Source: Alphaproteobacteria bacterium
GTDB lineage: Bacteria; Pseudomonadota; Alphaproteobacteria; SP197
Assembly (NCBI GenBank): GCA_964291415.2
Contig: OZ219920.1
Span: forward strand, 864,001-928,000
DNA length: 64,000 nucleotides
Direction of reading: 5' to 3'
The translations under genes were made by a program, and so were the position numbers. Of this stretch, positions 11,333-19,640 are shown piece by piece. Within the stretch, counting starts at the first letter, position 1; each line of letters begins with the position of its first letter. The notes under the pieces are model-generated. The model made no database searches, had not been told where the DNA came from, and was given only the letters and a program-made list of their open reading frames with translations.

Positions 11333-12241
11333 TCACTCCGCGGCAGCGGACTCCGGCGGAAACCACGCGGGTCGTTCGGCGCACACGGTTGCTGTGCCGG
11401 CGCTGATCTCCCTCATCCCGGCTTCCTCGAGCCGGTCCATGCGGATGAGTGCGATGCCGGTGGCGCCCCGGCTGCTTCTCATCTCGCCGATCTCGGTCTT
11501 CCCCGCCGTGATCAGCGTTCCAGGATCCGGCAGGCGCCCGTCATCGGTCGCGTTGACCCGGTAGAGGCGTCGTCTCACGGTGCCGCGGTATCTCGTGCGC
11601 GCCGTCAGTTCCTGCCCGACATAGCAGCCCTTGGTGAAATCGATGGCATTGAGATGATCGAAGTTGCTCTCAAGGGCAAAGGACTTGCCAACGAGTATGT
11701 CCAGGGTGGCCTCGCCAACCGAAAGGTCCAGGCGGTGCGATTCGTAGACGTCTGCCGGCATGCCGGCGATCTCTGCAAACGCGGGCCTGTCGAGCGGGTG
11801 AATGACGCGTACGCCGAGCGCGGCAAGTCTGGGATCGACCATGATGATGGAGCGTTCTGCACGACGCGCATTGCCCGGGCGGGAGACGAGGCGCGCGGTC
11901 CTGGCCGCTTCGTCGCCGACAAGGGCGCTGACGCGCCAGTTCTCGGAAACATCGCGAATGCGCACCTTCGCCCGCAACCTGTAGAAGTCGAGGCGTTCGG
12001 CAAGAGCGTCAAGGCGGTCCCGTCTCGTGTCGAGGAGGAGACCGCCGTCGCCATCGTCGGCAACGAAGAAATCGAAGAGAAACTTGCCCTGAGGCGTCAG
12101 CAGGGCGGCATAGATTGCGCATGCCCGGTCCACCTGGCCGACGTCGTTGGTGATGATGCCCTGGAGGAACGTGCGCGCATCCGGGCCGTCGACAGCAAGA
12201 ACGCCACGCCCCTCGAGTTCCACACGCGATGTGTCCATCAT
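11333..12241 (-). CDS. ygfZ: Folate-binding Fe-S repair protein YgfZ
   Basis: Signature KGCYVGQE, GPDARTFLQGIITND, LLTPQGKFLFD. Confidence 0.93.
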   Translation of the reverse strand: MMDTSRVELEGRGVLAVDGPDARTFLQGIITNDVGQVDRACAIYAALLTPQGKFLFDFFVADDGDGGLLLDTRRDRLDALAERLDFYRLRAKVRIRDVSENWRVSALVGDEAARTARLVSRPGNARRAERSIIMVDPRLAALGVRVIHPLDRPAFAEIAGMPADVYESHRLDLSVGEATLDILVGKSFALESNFDHLNAIDFTKGCYVGQELTARTRYRGTVRRRLYRVNATDDGRLPDPGTLITAGKTEIGEMRSSRGATGIALIRMDRLEEAGMREISAGTATVCAERPAWFPPESAAAE

Positions 12242-12387
12242 CCCCGCATTCTCCGGATCCTGACACCTGCCAAGGATGGCGACGACTCCGCCCTTCGGCA
12301 AGCCCTCCACGGACCAGGCCCGGAAATCGGGGGGTTGCCTGAACCCGTTGGGGACGGTTCTATGTCCGACCCAATCTCCCCTGGTGC

Positions 12388-13431
12388 ATGATGAAAGTCC
12401 TCTTTCTTGACGATTCCTTTGTCTTCGACGGCTACACGCCGCGAAACGATCCCATGGGCGGTGTGCAGAAGGGTCTGGTCTTTCTCGCCGAGGCCCTCGC
12501 CAGCCGTCACCATGAGGTCACGGTGATGAACCGCTGCGACAACACGCACACCATCCGGGGCGTCCTCTGGAAGAACATCGCCGAAGCGATTCCCGAAGCC
12601 GATCTTGTCGTGGCGCTCAGGCACCCGCGGTTGTTGGAGAAGGTTGAATCCGGTCTGTGCCGGGTGCTCTGGGTGGCCGATCAGCTGGACGACAGCGGTG
12701 TGGCGGCGCTCGCGTCCAGGGTCGATGCCTGCAGGATCGACCGCCTCGTCTTCATGGGCGACCACCATGTGTCGTCATGGAACGCCGACGAAGGACTGGT
12801 TGCGGTCCTGCGGCCGGGCATTGCTCCGGCCTACCTTGCCCCGGAACCGCCCCAGGGGTACTGGCCGCCAAGGGCGGTGACGACGATGCATCCGCGCGGC
12901 GGCCTCGCCTGGCTCCTCGACCTCTGGGTCGACAAGATCCATCCCATGATTGACGAAGCCGAATTGCATGTCTTTTCCGGCTTGCTCGCCAGGGCGGCCT
13001 CGGGCAAGGCGGTGGAGGGTGATCTGGCATCGCTGTGGCGGCGCATGGAGAGTCTCGGTGGCGCCGGCGTGGTGGTCCGAAGGCCGCTCCCGGATGCCGA
13101 CATGGCCCGGGAGTTTCGCCATGCCCGTGTCCATCTTCACCCCGGCTCGTTGCGCGAGGCCTACGTGGCGACGCTCGCCGAATCCCAGGCAGCCGGTTGT
13201 CCGGGCGTGGCCTTCAAGGCGGGAGCCGCCGTGGAGCGCATCAAGGACAGCAGGTCGGGTTTCCTGGTGCCCGATGACGCCGCCTTTGCCAACTGTGCCA
13301 TCCTCTGCCTCAAGGAGGAGCTCGTCTACCGCGGCCGTTCGAAGGACGCGGCCGATCTGCAGCGGGACAGGTCCTGGGACGACGCGGCTGGCGAACTCGA
13401 AGCTCTCCACGACGCTGTGGTGAGCCGGTGA
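12388..13431 (+). CDS. Glycosyltransferase, GT-B fold (family 4-like)
   Basis: PMGG N-terminal motif, EAYVATLAESQAAGCP (Ex7E), GFLVP. Confidence 0.8.
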   Translation: MMKVLFLDDSFVFDGYTPRNDPMGGVQKGLVFLAEALASRHHEVTVMNRCDNTHTIRGVLWKNIAEAIPEADLVVALRHPRLLEKVESGLCRVLWVADQLDDSGVAALASRVDACRIDRLVFMGDHHVSSWNADEGLVAVLRPGIAPAYLAPEPPQGYWPPRAVTTMHPRGGLAWLLDLWVDKIHPMIDEAELHVFSGLLARAASGKAVEGDLASLWRRMESLGGAGVVVRRPLPDADMAREFRHARVHLHPGSLREAYVATLAESQAAGCPGVAFKAGAAVERIKDSRSGFLVPDDAAFANCAILCLKEELVYRGRSKDAADLQRDRSWDDAAGELEALHDAVVSR

Positions 13432-14315
13432 AGCTGCTCTTCATCACCTCGACCCGGCTGGGTGATGCGGTTCTTTCGACGGGCTTGCTCGATCATCTCG
13501 TGGCCGGTGACGGGGTCGAGTCGACCGTCGTGTGCGGGCCCGTGGCCGCGGAACTCTTCGAGTGCCTGCCGGGACTTGAACGGGTGATCGTTCTCGACAA
13601 GGAACCGCGCAAGGGGCACTGGTTCGGCCTGTGGCGGCAGACTGTGGGCACCTGGTGGGATCTCGTCGTCGACCTCAGGGCCTCGGCGGTTCCCTTTGGC
13701 CTCATGCGGACCAGGCGACGCACCAAGTTCAGGGGCGGCGCCGGCCATCGCGTGGAAAGCCTGGCGCGCTGGTATGGTGTCGAACCGGTCCCGTCTCCAA
13801 GGGTGTGGACCAACGGGACTCACCGCCGTCATGCCACCCGGCTCGTGCCCAGTGGAGGCCCTGTACTCGGTCTCGCCCCTACCTCCAGCGGGCGGGGGAA
13901 GATCTGGCCCAGGGAAAACTACGTCGCGCTGGCAAGGCGGTTGACCTCTCCCGATGGCGCTCTGGCAGGCGGACGCATCGTCATCATGGGAGGGCCGGCG
14001 GAGCACGACCTCACCCAGCCCGTCGTCGAGGCGCTGCCGCACGAGACGACCCTGAACCTGACCGGAAGCGAACATCTCCTGACTCTCGCCGAAGTGATGC
14101 GGCGATGCAGCGTCGTGATCGCAAACGACAGCGGATTGATGCACCTTGCCGCCGCCAGCGGAGCACCGACAGTCGGCCTCTTCGGCCCGAGCTCCGTCGA
14201 GGCCTATGCCCCCTGGGGCCCCCGCTCAGCGGTGGTCACAAGCGCGACACAATCCATGAACGACATCGAAGTCGATGCCGTTGAACGCACTGTCGGGGAA
14301 CTTCTCGAATGCTGA
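13428..14315 (+). CDS. Glycosyltransferase family 9 (heptosyltransferase-like)
   Basis: TRLGDAVL, K.WP, NDSGLMHLAAASGAPTVGLFGPS; GTGA overlap with upstream gene. Confidence 0.9.
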   Translation: MKLLFITSTRLGDAVLSTGLLDHLVAGDGVESTVVCGPVAAELFECLPGLERVIVLDKEPRKGHWFGLWRQTVGTWWDLVVDLRASAVPFGLMRTRRRTKFRGGAGHRVESLARWYGVEPVPSPRVWTNGTHRRHATRLVPSGGPVLGLAPTSSGRGKIWPRENYVALARRLTSPDGALAGGRIVIMGGPAEHDLTQPVVEALPHETTLNLTGSEHLLTLAEVMRRCSVVIANDSGLMHLAAASGAPTVGLFGPSSVEAYAPWGPRSAVVTSATQSMNDIEVDAVERTVGELLEC

Positions 14316-14430
14316 ACCTGTCCACCGACGCACCGCGGCGCTGCACGATGGACCTGTCGCGGATACCGACGGCGGCGACCCGGGCCGGTTGACGTGTCAG
14401 GAGACCGTCAACGTCGAGTGCGCCTCGTTG

Positions 14431-15282
14431 TCATTCGTCCGTGTCGAGGCGAGAAACCTGACTGAGGCGCAGGGTCTCGTCCTGCCGGGCCAATCTGGCG
14501 TTGGGAGCGAGACGCTGAAGCGCATTCTCGCGGTGGGCGAGATCGTGGTCTCCAAGACCCGGCGGATGATCCGTGATCACCAGTTCGGTGGCTGATGTTC
14601 CCGGCACGAGGGCGTCGATGACTTCGGGGGCGCCCCCCGCGATCAGGAGGCCGGCGCCGCGAGCGAAAACACGGATCGCACCCGCGTCGTCATGGCGGGT
14701 GATGCCCGTTGCCCAGGCGAGCGACCAGCCGTCACCGTCGAAACGGTAGGCCGTCCCCGGCATCGACCCGCCAAGGACCAGGGTGGTGACGGTGATGTCC
14801 GACGCAAGTGCGGTGGGTGTGCCCGGCTCAAGGTCGCGGAAGGTGACGGTGGCGTTGAAGATGTCGGGGGAGACGGGGAACACGGGATCGGACATCAGCC
14901 GTGCGAGTTCCGATCTGATGACTCCGCCGGTGCTGTAGAGGGTAAAGCGGTTGTCGGATGAAAAGGCCGGGGCGAAGAACGGGATTCCAATGGTGCGAAC
15001 GACTGTAGGCCGGCTGAAGAAAACATGTCCTTCCAGAGGCCCCTTGCCGAGCAGTGACAGTCCGCAGGTACGCATGCCGGAGCCGGCATCGAGAATCAGC
15101 AGCGTGTCGCCGGCCGAGATGGCGATACAGGACGAATGACCGCCGAAAGCACGAGTCTCCGGTCCGTCCTGGGGAGCGGAGCGGACCCCGTGGAAGGTGA
15201 CCAGGGGTCCGTTGGCCGATTGCCGGTCAGGTTCGGGTGAGGGCGCCAATGACGGCGTCGACGATGTTTTCGGCGCGGCCAC
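14431..15282 (-). CDS. MBL-fold (ribonuclease Z/phosphodiesterase-like) protein with degenerate metal site; start codon uncertain
   Basis: FHGVRS..GPETRAFGGHSSC, LILDAGSG, GIPFFAPAF, PVFPV match the family, but HxHxDH reads RPTVVR. Confidence 0.7.
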   Translation of the reverse strand: MAAPKTSSTPSLAPSPEPDRQSANGPLVTFHGVRSAPQDGPETRAFGGHSSCIAISAGDTLLILDAGSGMRTCGLSLLGKGPLEGHVFFSRPTVVRTIGIPFFAPAFSSDNRFTLYSTGGVIRSELARLMSDPVFPVSPDIFNATVTFRDLEPGTPTALASDITVTTLVLGGSMPGTAYRFDGDGWSLAWATGITRHDDAGAIRVFARGAGLLIAGGAPEVIDALVPGTSATELVITDHPPGLGDHDLAHRENALQRLAPNARLARQDETLRLSQVSRLDTDE

Positions 15283-15745
15283 GCAGTTCAGCCTCGTTCA
15301 GGGGCTGAATTGGATGGCGGACATACACCACGGCCGGATCGAAACCATGGAGATCGCGCCATGAGGCAACGCCGCCTGCGAACTCCTCGGAAACCAGCGC
15401 CACCGCCGGTGTCGCCATGCGATCGATATCCAGCATGTCCTGCAGACTGCACGACGTACAGGAGCCTCAATCGGCGAGGCCTTCAACCACGGCATCGCAT
15501 TCGGCGGTGATCCGGTCGATCACGCCTGATGGCGCCGGCTTGGTGAATGTCGGCTTGGCATAGCGGCCGGTCCGGATACCGCGTTCGCCAAGCAGCCGCT
15601 CGAGATGATCGAGAACGACATCGCCCTGGCGCTTGCCTATGTCGAGAAGGCCGACAGTGAGGCCCTCGAGGGACCGGTGTCCGGCCACACGCTGACGTTC
15701 CGGCGCGGTGTGTGTCGCCGTGGGGTCAAGAAGGATCGTGGTCAA
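15227..15745 (-). CDS. UGSC-family selenoprotein (in-frame UGA = Sec at 15467-15469)
   Basis: Track ORFs 15467..15796 and 15227..15436 are one frame: ...VEGLAD-TGA-GSCTSCSLQDMLD...; TTG start at 15745 overlaps upstream stop (TTGA) with GGAGGTGGAG RBS; SECIS-like hairpin after the UGA. Confidence 0.88.
15437..15455 (-). promoter_or_regulatory. Putative bacterial SECIS element
   Basis: GTCGTGCAGTCTGCAGGAC hairpin begins 11 nt after the UGA; core UGCAGUCUGCA resembles the E. coli fdhF SECIS core UGCAGGUCUGCA. Confidence 0.75.
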
Positions 15746-17124
15746 TACTCCACCTCCCTGGTGACGGGTTGACTCCCTGTGGGGCCGCTGCCCCATCCCT
15801 GGATGATAGTGGAAAAGAGTCCGGCATGGCTACCGGCGCGTGTGACGAGCAGGTCGCCGGGTCCGAACATCGGTGCCACCCCGCCTGCGCCTGCTGTCGC
15901 ATCGTGCAGAGCCGTCTCGATTCGCGTTCGGTCCCAGCCTGATTCCCGGAAAATGCGCCAGAACTCGCCGGCGATCACCAGCAGTACACCGCTGCCGTGC
16001 CTGGACGATCGAATCTGGCTCATCGCCTCGAGTGATCGTGCAAGGCTGGCCACGAGATCCTCGGCCGTGCGTGCTGTCTCGTCGTTCATGATCGAGGTGC
16101 CGCAGAACCCGAAGAGTGTGACGGCCGACCGCCCCACTTCGATTCCCCTGGAGGCGGCCAGTGTCTGCCACGCCGGATCACTCTCGTCTTCGGCAAAACA
16201 CAGACCGTGCTTGCCGGGGTGGCCCAGGGTCGAGCGATCGACGCCACCTGGCCGGGCGCCGCCTACGTTCATGGCGATGAGGACGAGCGCACGCCCAATG
16301 GTGGCGTTGGCCCGGGTGCCGTGGCCAAGAACGTTAAGCCCGCTGTTGAGACCGACCCGGCGGCAGACGGGTCCGTTGACGATGACGGCGACACCTGCCC
16401 CCATGGTGGTCGACAGCAGACCCTGCCAGGCAAAGTCTGGATCGAGCGCCGCGTCGAGTGCGGCCAGCACCACGGGAAAATACACGGGCCGGCACCCCGC
16501 CATGACCGCGTTGATGGCCGCCTTTTCCACCGTCAGTTCCGCCCCCGCCGGCGGAATCGGCCCCAGGACATGATCGGGCGCCAGAGTGCATTCGTTCAGC
16601 ATGGCCAGCACGCGCGCCGGCGTCGGAGGGACCACGGGAAGGCCATCGGACCATCCACGGGCATCCATGATCTCGAAGGGATCTTCCGGAAACCGCACGG
16701 TGAGAGTCGCGGCATCGAGGCCCGTTTCGCCATGGCGTGCCAGGAGCTCCTCCGCCCAGCCCGGCTCCTCGCTCAGGGACCCGCAGCCTGGTCGTTCGTC
16801 CGGCAGACCGGGACCGAGATCGTCGAGAGCGGCAACACTGCACCACTCCTGCCTCGACCAGCCGATCGCCCGTGCGGTTTCCACGCCGCCCGCGAAGCGG
16901 ATCAGGGTTGGAACGATGGAAATGCCCAGATGAAACGAGGCCTCGAGGAGACGGTCGTCGCGAACCCGCAGTCCTTCGGGAAAGTCGGGATTGTCCTGCG
17001 AGTAGACGGCGGCCATGTGACCGCGCGCCTCGAGGTCTGATGCCACCGGCGCGATCAGTTGGCAGGTCGGGCAGTCCTCCCGGACCACCAGGACGAGACC
17101 GTCTACGGGAATCTCACTCGACAT
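15742..17124 (-). CDS. Thioredoxin-like CxxC domain fused to UGSC-associated domain
   Basis: N-terminal EDCPTC and IVPTLI (Trx fold), RPGCGS linker, GWSDGLPVVPPT, TVEKAAINAVMAGCRP, RANATIGRAL, TLGHPG. Confidence 0.85.
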   Translation of the reverse strand: MSSEIPVDGLVLVVREDCPTCQLIAPVASDLEARGHMAAVYSQDNPDFPEGLRVRDDRLLEASFHLGISIVPTLIRFAGGVETARAIGWSRQEWCSVAALDDLGPGLPDERPGCGSLSEEPGWAEELLARHGETGLDAATLTVRFPEDPFEIMDARGWSDGLPVVPPTPARVLAMLNECTLAPDHVLGPIPPAGAELTVEKAAINAVMAGCRPVYFPVVLAALDAALDPDFAWQGLLSTTMGAGVAVIVNGPVCRRVGLNSGLNVLGHGTRANATIGRALVLIAMNVGGARPGGVDRSTLGHPGKHGLCFAEDESDPAWQTLAASRGIEVGRSAVTLFGFCGTSIMNDETARTAEDLVASLARSLEAMSQIRSSRHGSGVLLVIAGEFWRIFRESGWDRTRIETALHDATAGAGGVAPMFGPGDLLVTRAGSHAGLFSTIIQGWGSGPTGSQPVTREVEY

Positions 17125-17183
17125 GGCGTTTCCAGTTCGTGTTACGCTCATCCGACGATGCACATCGCCCCGGGGAGGGGACC

Positions 17184-17534
17184 ATGACCGATATCCAGCG
17201 CCTGCAACCAGGTGAACTCTACAGCGGCGCCGTCATCCATGGCGACACGGTCTGGCTTTCCGGCAAGGTGGCCTCCGATGCCACAGGCGATGTCCGGGAA
17301 CAGACCCGGGACATCCTGGAGCAGATCGACACCACCCTCGAGGCCTGCGGAACCTCGAGGTCACGGCTTCTCTCGGTGCAGATCTGGCTTGCCGACATCG
17401 CTGACTGGCCAGCCATGAACGAGGTCTACACCGCCTGGGTCGATCCCGGCAACAAACCGTGCCGCGCCACCGTCGAGGCAGCCCTGGCGCGTCCCGACCT
17501 GCTGGTGGAAATCATGTGCGTGGCGGCCAGGTAG
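17184..17534 (+). CDS. RidA/YjgF family protein
   Basis: YSGAVIHGDTVWLSG, MNEVYTAW, PCRATV, LVEI; GGAGGG RBS. Confidence 0.92.
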   Translation: MTDIQRLQPGELYSGAVIHGDTVWLSGKVASDATGDVREQTRDILEQIDTTLEACGTSRSRLLSVQIWLADIADWPAMNEVYTAWVDPGNKPCRATVEAALARPDLLVEIMCVAAR

Positions 17535-17536
17535 GC

Positions 17537-18274
17537 TCAGCGGCACGCCGTCGCGCCGCCGTCGATGGAGAGCAGCGCTCCGGTCATGAACTTCTGACCG
17601 GGGTCGGCCAGGAAGCAGATCGCGTCAGCAATTTCCTCCGGCGAAGCGATGGTCTTCATAGGCGAGAACTCCGCAATGCCGCGGAGAGTTTCCGCGTCGT
17701 CGCCGGCACCGAGCATGTCGGTCATGACGGCCCCCGGGCACACCGCATTGACCCTGATGTCGGGCGCGAGATCATGGGCAAGCGCCCGGGTCATGTTCAC
17801 GACTGCACCCTTGGAGGTGCAGTAGAGCGCGCTCTCGTGATTGCCGGAGAGCCCGGATTCCGATGCGGTCATGACGATGGCGCCATTGTTGCGGCGCAGT
17901 TCCGGGATCGCTGCCTGGCTGCAGAAGAAGCAACCCTTGACGTTGATGTCCATCAGCCACGTGTAGGTCTCGTCGCTGATGTCCTCGACAGGTCCCCCGA
18001 CATAAACTCCGGCGTTGTTGACGAGGACATCGAGACCACCCAGCCCGTCAATGGCCGCATTGACGACCTGGCGGCAGGCTGCGGCACTGCCGAGATCGCC
18101 GGATGCAGCAACCAGGTTCTCGCCGCCGAGTCCGGTGATGGCGGCGGAGACATCGGAAGCCTTGCGGCCGTTGATGGCGACGCTCGCACCCTGTTTCAGG
18201 AAGGCCCGCGCCGTGGCAAGACCGATCCCCCTCGTCGAGCCGGTCACGAGAACGCGTTTTCCGTCAAAGGTCAT
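17537..18274 (-). CDS. Short-chain dehydrogenase/reductase
   Basis: TGSTRGIG, NNAG, YCTSK, IRVNAVCPG. Confidence 0.95.
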   Translation of the reverse strand: MTFDGKRVLVTGSTRGIGLATARAFLKQGASVAINGRKASDVSAAITGLGGENLVAASGDLGSAAACRQVVNAAIDGLGGLDVLVNNAGVYVGGPVEDISDETYTWLMDINVKGCFFCSQAAIPELRRNNGAIVMTASESGLSGNHESALYCTSKGAVVNMTRALAHDLAPDIRVNAVCPGAVMTDMLGAGDDAETLRGIAEFSPMKTIASPEEIADAICFLADPGQKFMTGALLSIDGGATACR

Positions 18275-18837
18275 GGCTGTGTCTCCAGCTGTTGTCGCCA
18301 GGCGCCCAGTTCGTGAACGTACCATGCGGCGTTGTCCCGGATGCCGTCGATCTCGTCTGGATTGAGATCACGCAGTTTTCGTGCCGGAACCCCGCCCCAC
18401 AGTTCACCGCTCGGCACAACCTTGCCTGGCGCCACCAGGGCGCCGGCAGCAACCTGGCTCTCACGCTCGAGCCTGGCTCCGTCGAGCACGATGGCGCCGG
18501 AACCCACCAGGGTGTCGTCCTCCAGCGTGCAGGCGTGAAGATGAACCATGTGACCAATTGTCACGCCCCGGCCGATGATGGTCGGGAGTTCGACGGAAAC
18601 GTGGATGATGCATCCGTCCTGGATGTTGGTGCCGGCACCGATGCGTATGGGTCCGTCATCGCCGCGGATCACGGCGTTGAACCAGGCACTGGTTTGTGCC
18701 TCCATCACCACGTCACCGATGATCGCGGCGCCGGGAAGAACAAGGCTTGCGTTGTCGATGGTCGGCCACACGCCCTGCCAGGGCATCACGTGCGCCTGGG
18801 GGAAGACGCAACTGCGGTAGCGATCCGTGGCGGTCAT
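18271..18837 (-). CDS. Gamma-class carbonic anhydrase family protein
   Basis: IIGDV, RGDDGPIRIGAGTNIQD, IGHMVHLHAC hexapeptide repeats, GVPA. Confidence 0.93.
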   Translation of the reverse strand: MTATDRYRSCVFPQAHVMPWQGVWPTIDNASLVLPGAAIIGDVVMEAQTSAWFNAVIRGDDGPIRIGAGTNIQDGCIIHVSVELPTIIGRGVTIGHMVHLHACTLEDDTLVGSGAIVLDGARLERESQVAAGALVAPGKVVPSGELWGGVPARKLRDLNPDEIDGIRDNAAWYVHELGAWRQQLETQP

Positions 18838-18857
18838 GGCTCGGCATGCCTGAAGGA

Positions 18858-18905
18858 TGGTGGGCGCGGCTGGGTTCGAACCAGCGACCCCTGCCGCGTG
18901 AAGAC
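18858..18905 (-). repeat. att-site duplication: 3' 48 bp of tRNA-Val
   Basis: Matches 21897-21944 with one mismatch (ctgccgcgtg vs ctgccgtgtg). Confidence 0.95.
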
Positions 18906-19008
18906 GGGACAGCGCCGTTTGTTCCCGTCCGGTTCCCGGTTTTCCCTGTCATTCGTTCCCGCTCGGTGACGTTCGGCGACGGGGTTTCTGTGCAGTTCAC
19001 AGAAACGA

Positions 19009-19392
19009 TCATCGGTTTCGCATCCTTGCGATGGCGTCAACAGCACTTCGCATGTACTCCGGATGGTGGTGACCGTAGACCCGTTCAAGCATCTGAACGG
19101 TCATGCCCGGGAACCCGGCAACATTCCAGGTGCGGGCACCGGATTGCATAAGCCATGTCGCGCAAGTATGGCGCAGATCGTGACGTGTGCAATGGTCGAT
19201 ACCGGACCGTTCGAGAACTGTCTTCCAGACTGTCTTGAAGCTTCCAATGCGAGCGGCGCCCCTGCTGCCGGGTCCCCGGTACTCGACGGCCCATGTTGCG
19301 CCCATCGACGAAGGCGAGCCAGGAGGCGGGCCGGGATCGGGACAGGTGGAATCCGTTTCATTGTCCCCGCTTTACCCGAGGCGCGGCGGTAG
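19009..19392 (-). pseudogene. Tyrosine recombinase/integrase C-terminal remnant (frameshifted, 5' part deleted)
   Basis: YRRASGKAGTMKRIPPVPIPARLLARLRRW, frameshift, then HDLRHTCATWLMQ...GMTVQMLERVYGHHHPEY (HxxRH and catalytic Tyr). Confidence 0.88.
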
Positions 19393-19424
19393 GGAATTCC
19401 CTTGTTGGCATCAACGGGACTTAC

Positions 19425-19580
19425 ATCGGAAAGTCACATCACACCTTCCGATCAACAGCATTGCACTTGAGCAATGCCAATGCATGGGCGACCTTCGGGT
19501 CGAGTCGACCAATCGACGTTCCCGCGTTGTCCACACATGAGACCCGGCCATCACGCCGGGTCTCATTGTGACTTTCCGAT
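19425..19580. ncRNA. Unidentified highly structured non-coding element
   Basis: Perfect 14-bp terminal inverted repeat enclosing four hairpins, one with a cUUCGg loop. Confidence 0.45.
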
Positions 19581-19640
19581 ACAATCCCCCAACTGATCTC
19601 CGCCGTTTCGGCTTCCGCTACTGCCACGATAGGGTCTCCA

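Noticed and set aside
18858-18905. Second tRNA gene
   Set aside because: Lacks the D-arm and 5' acceptor strand; it is the att duplication.
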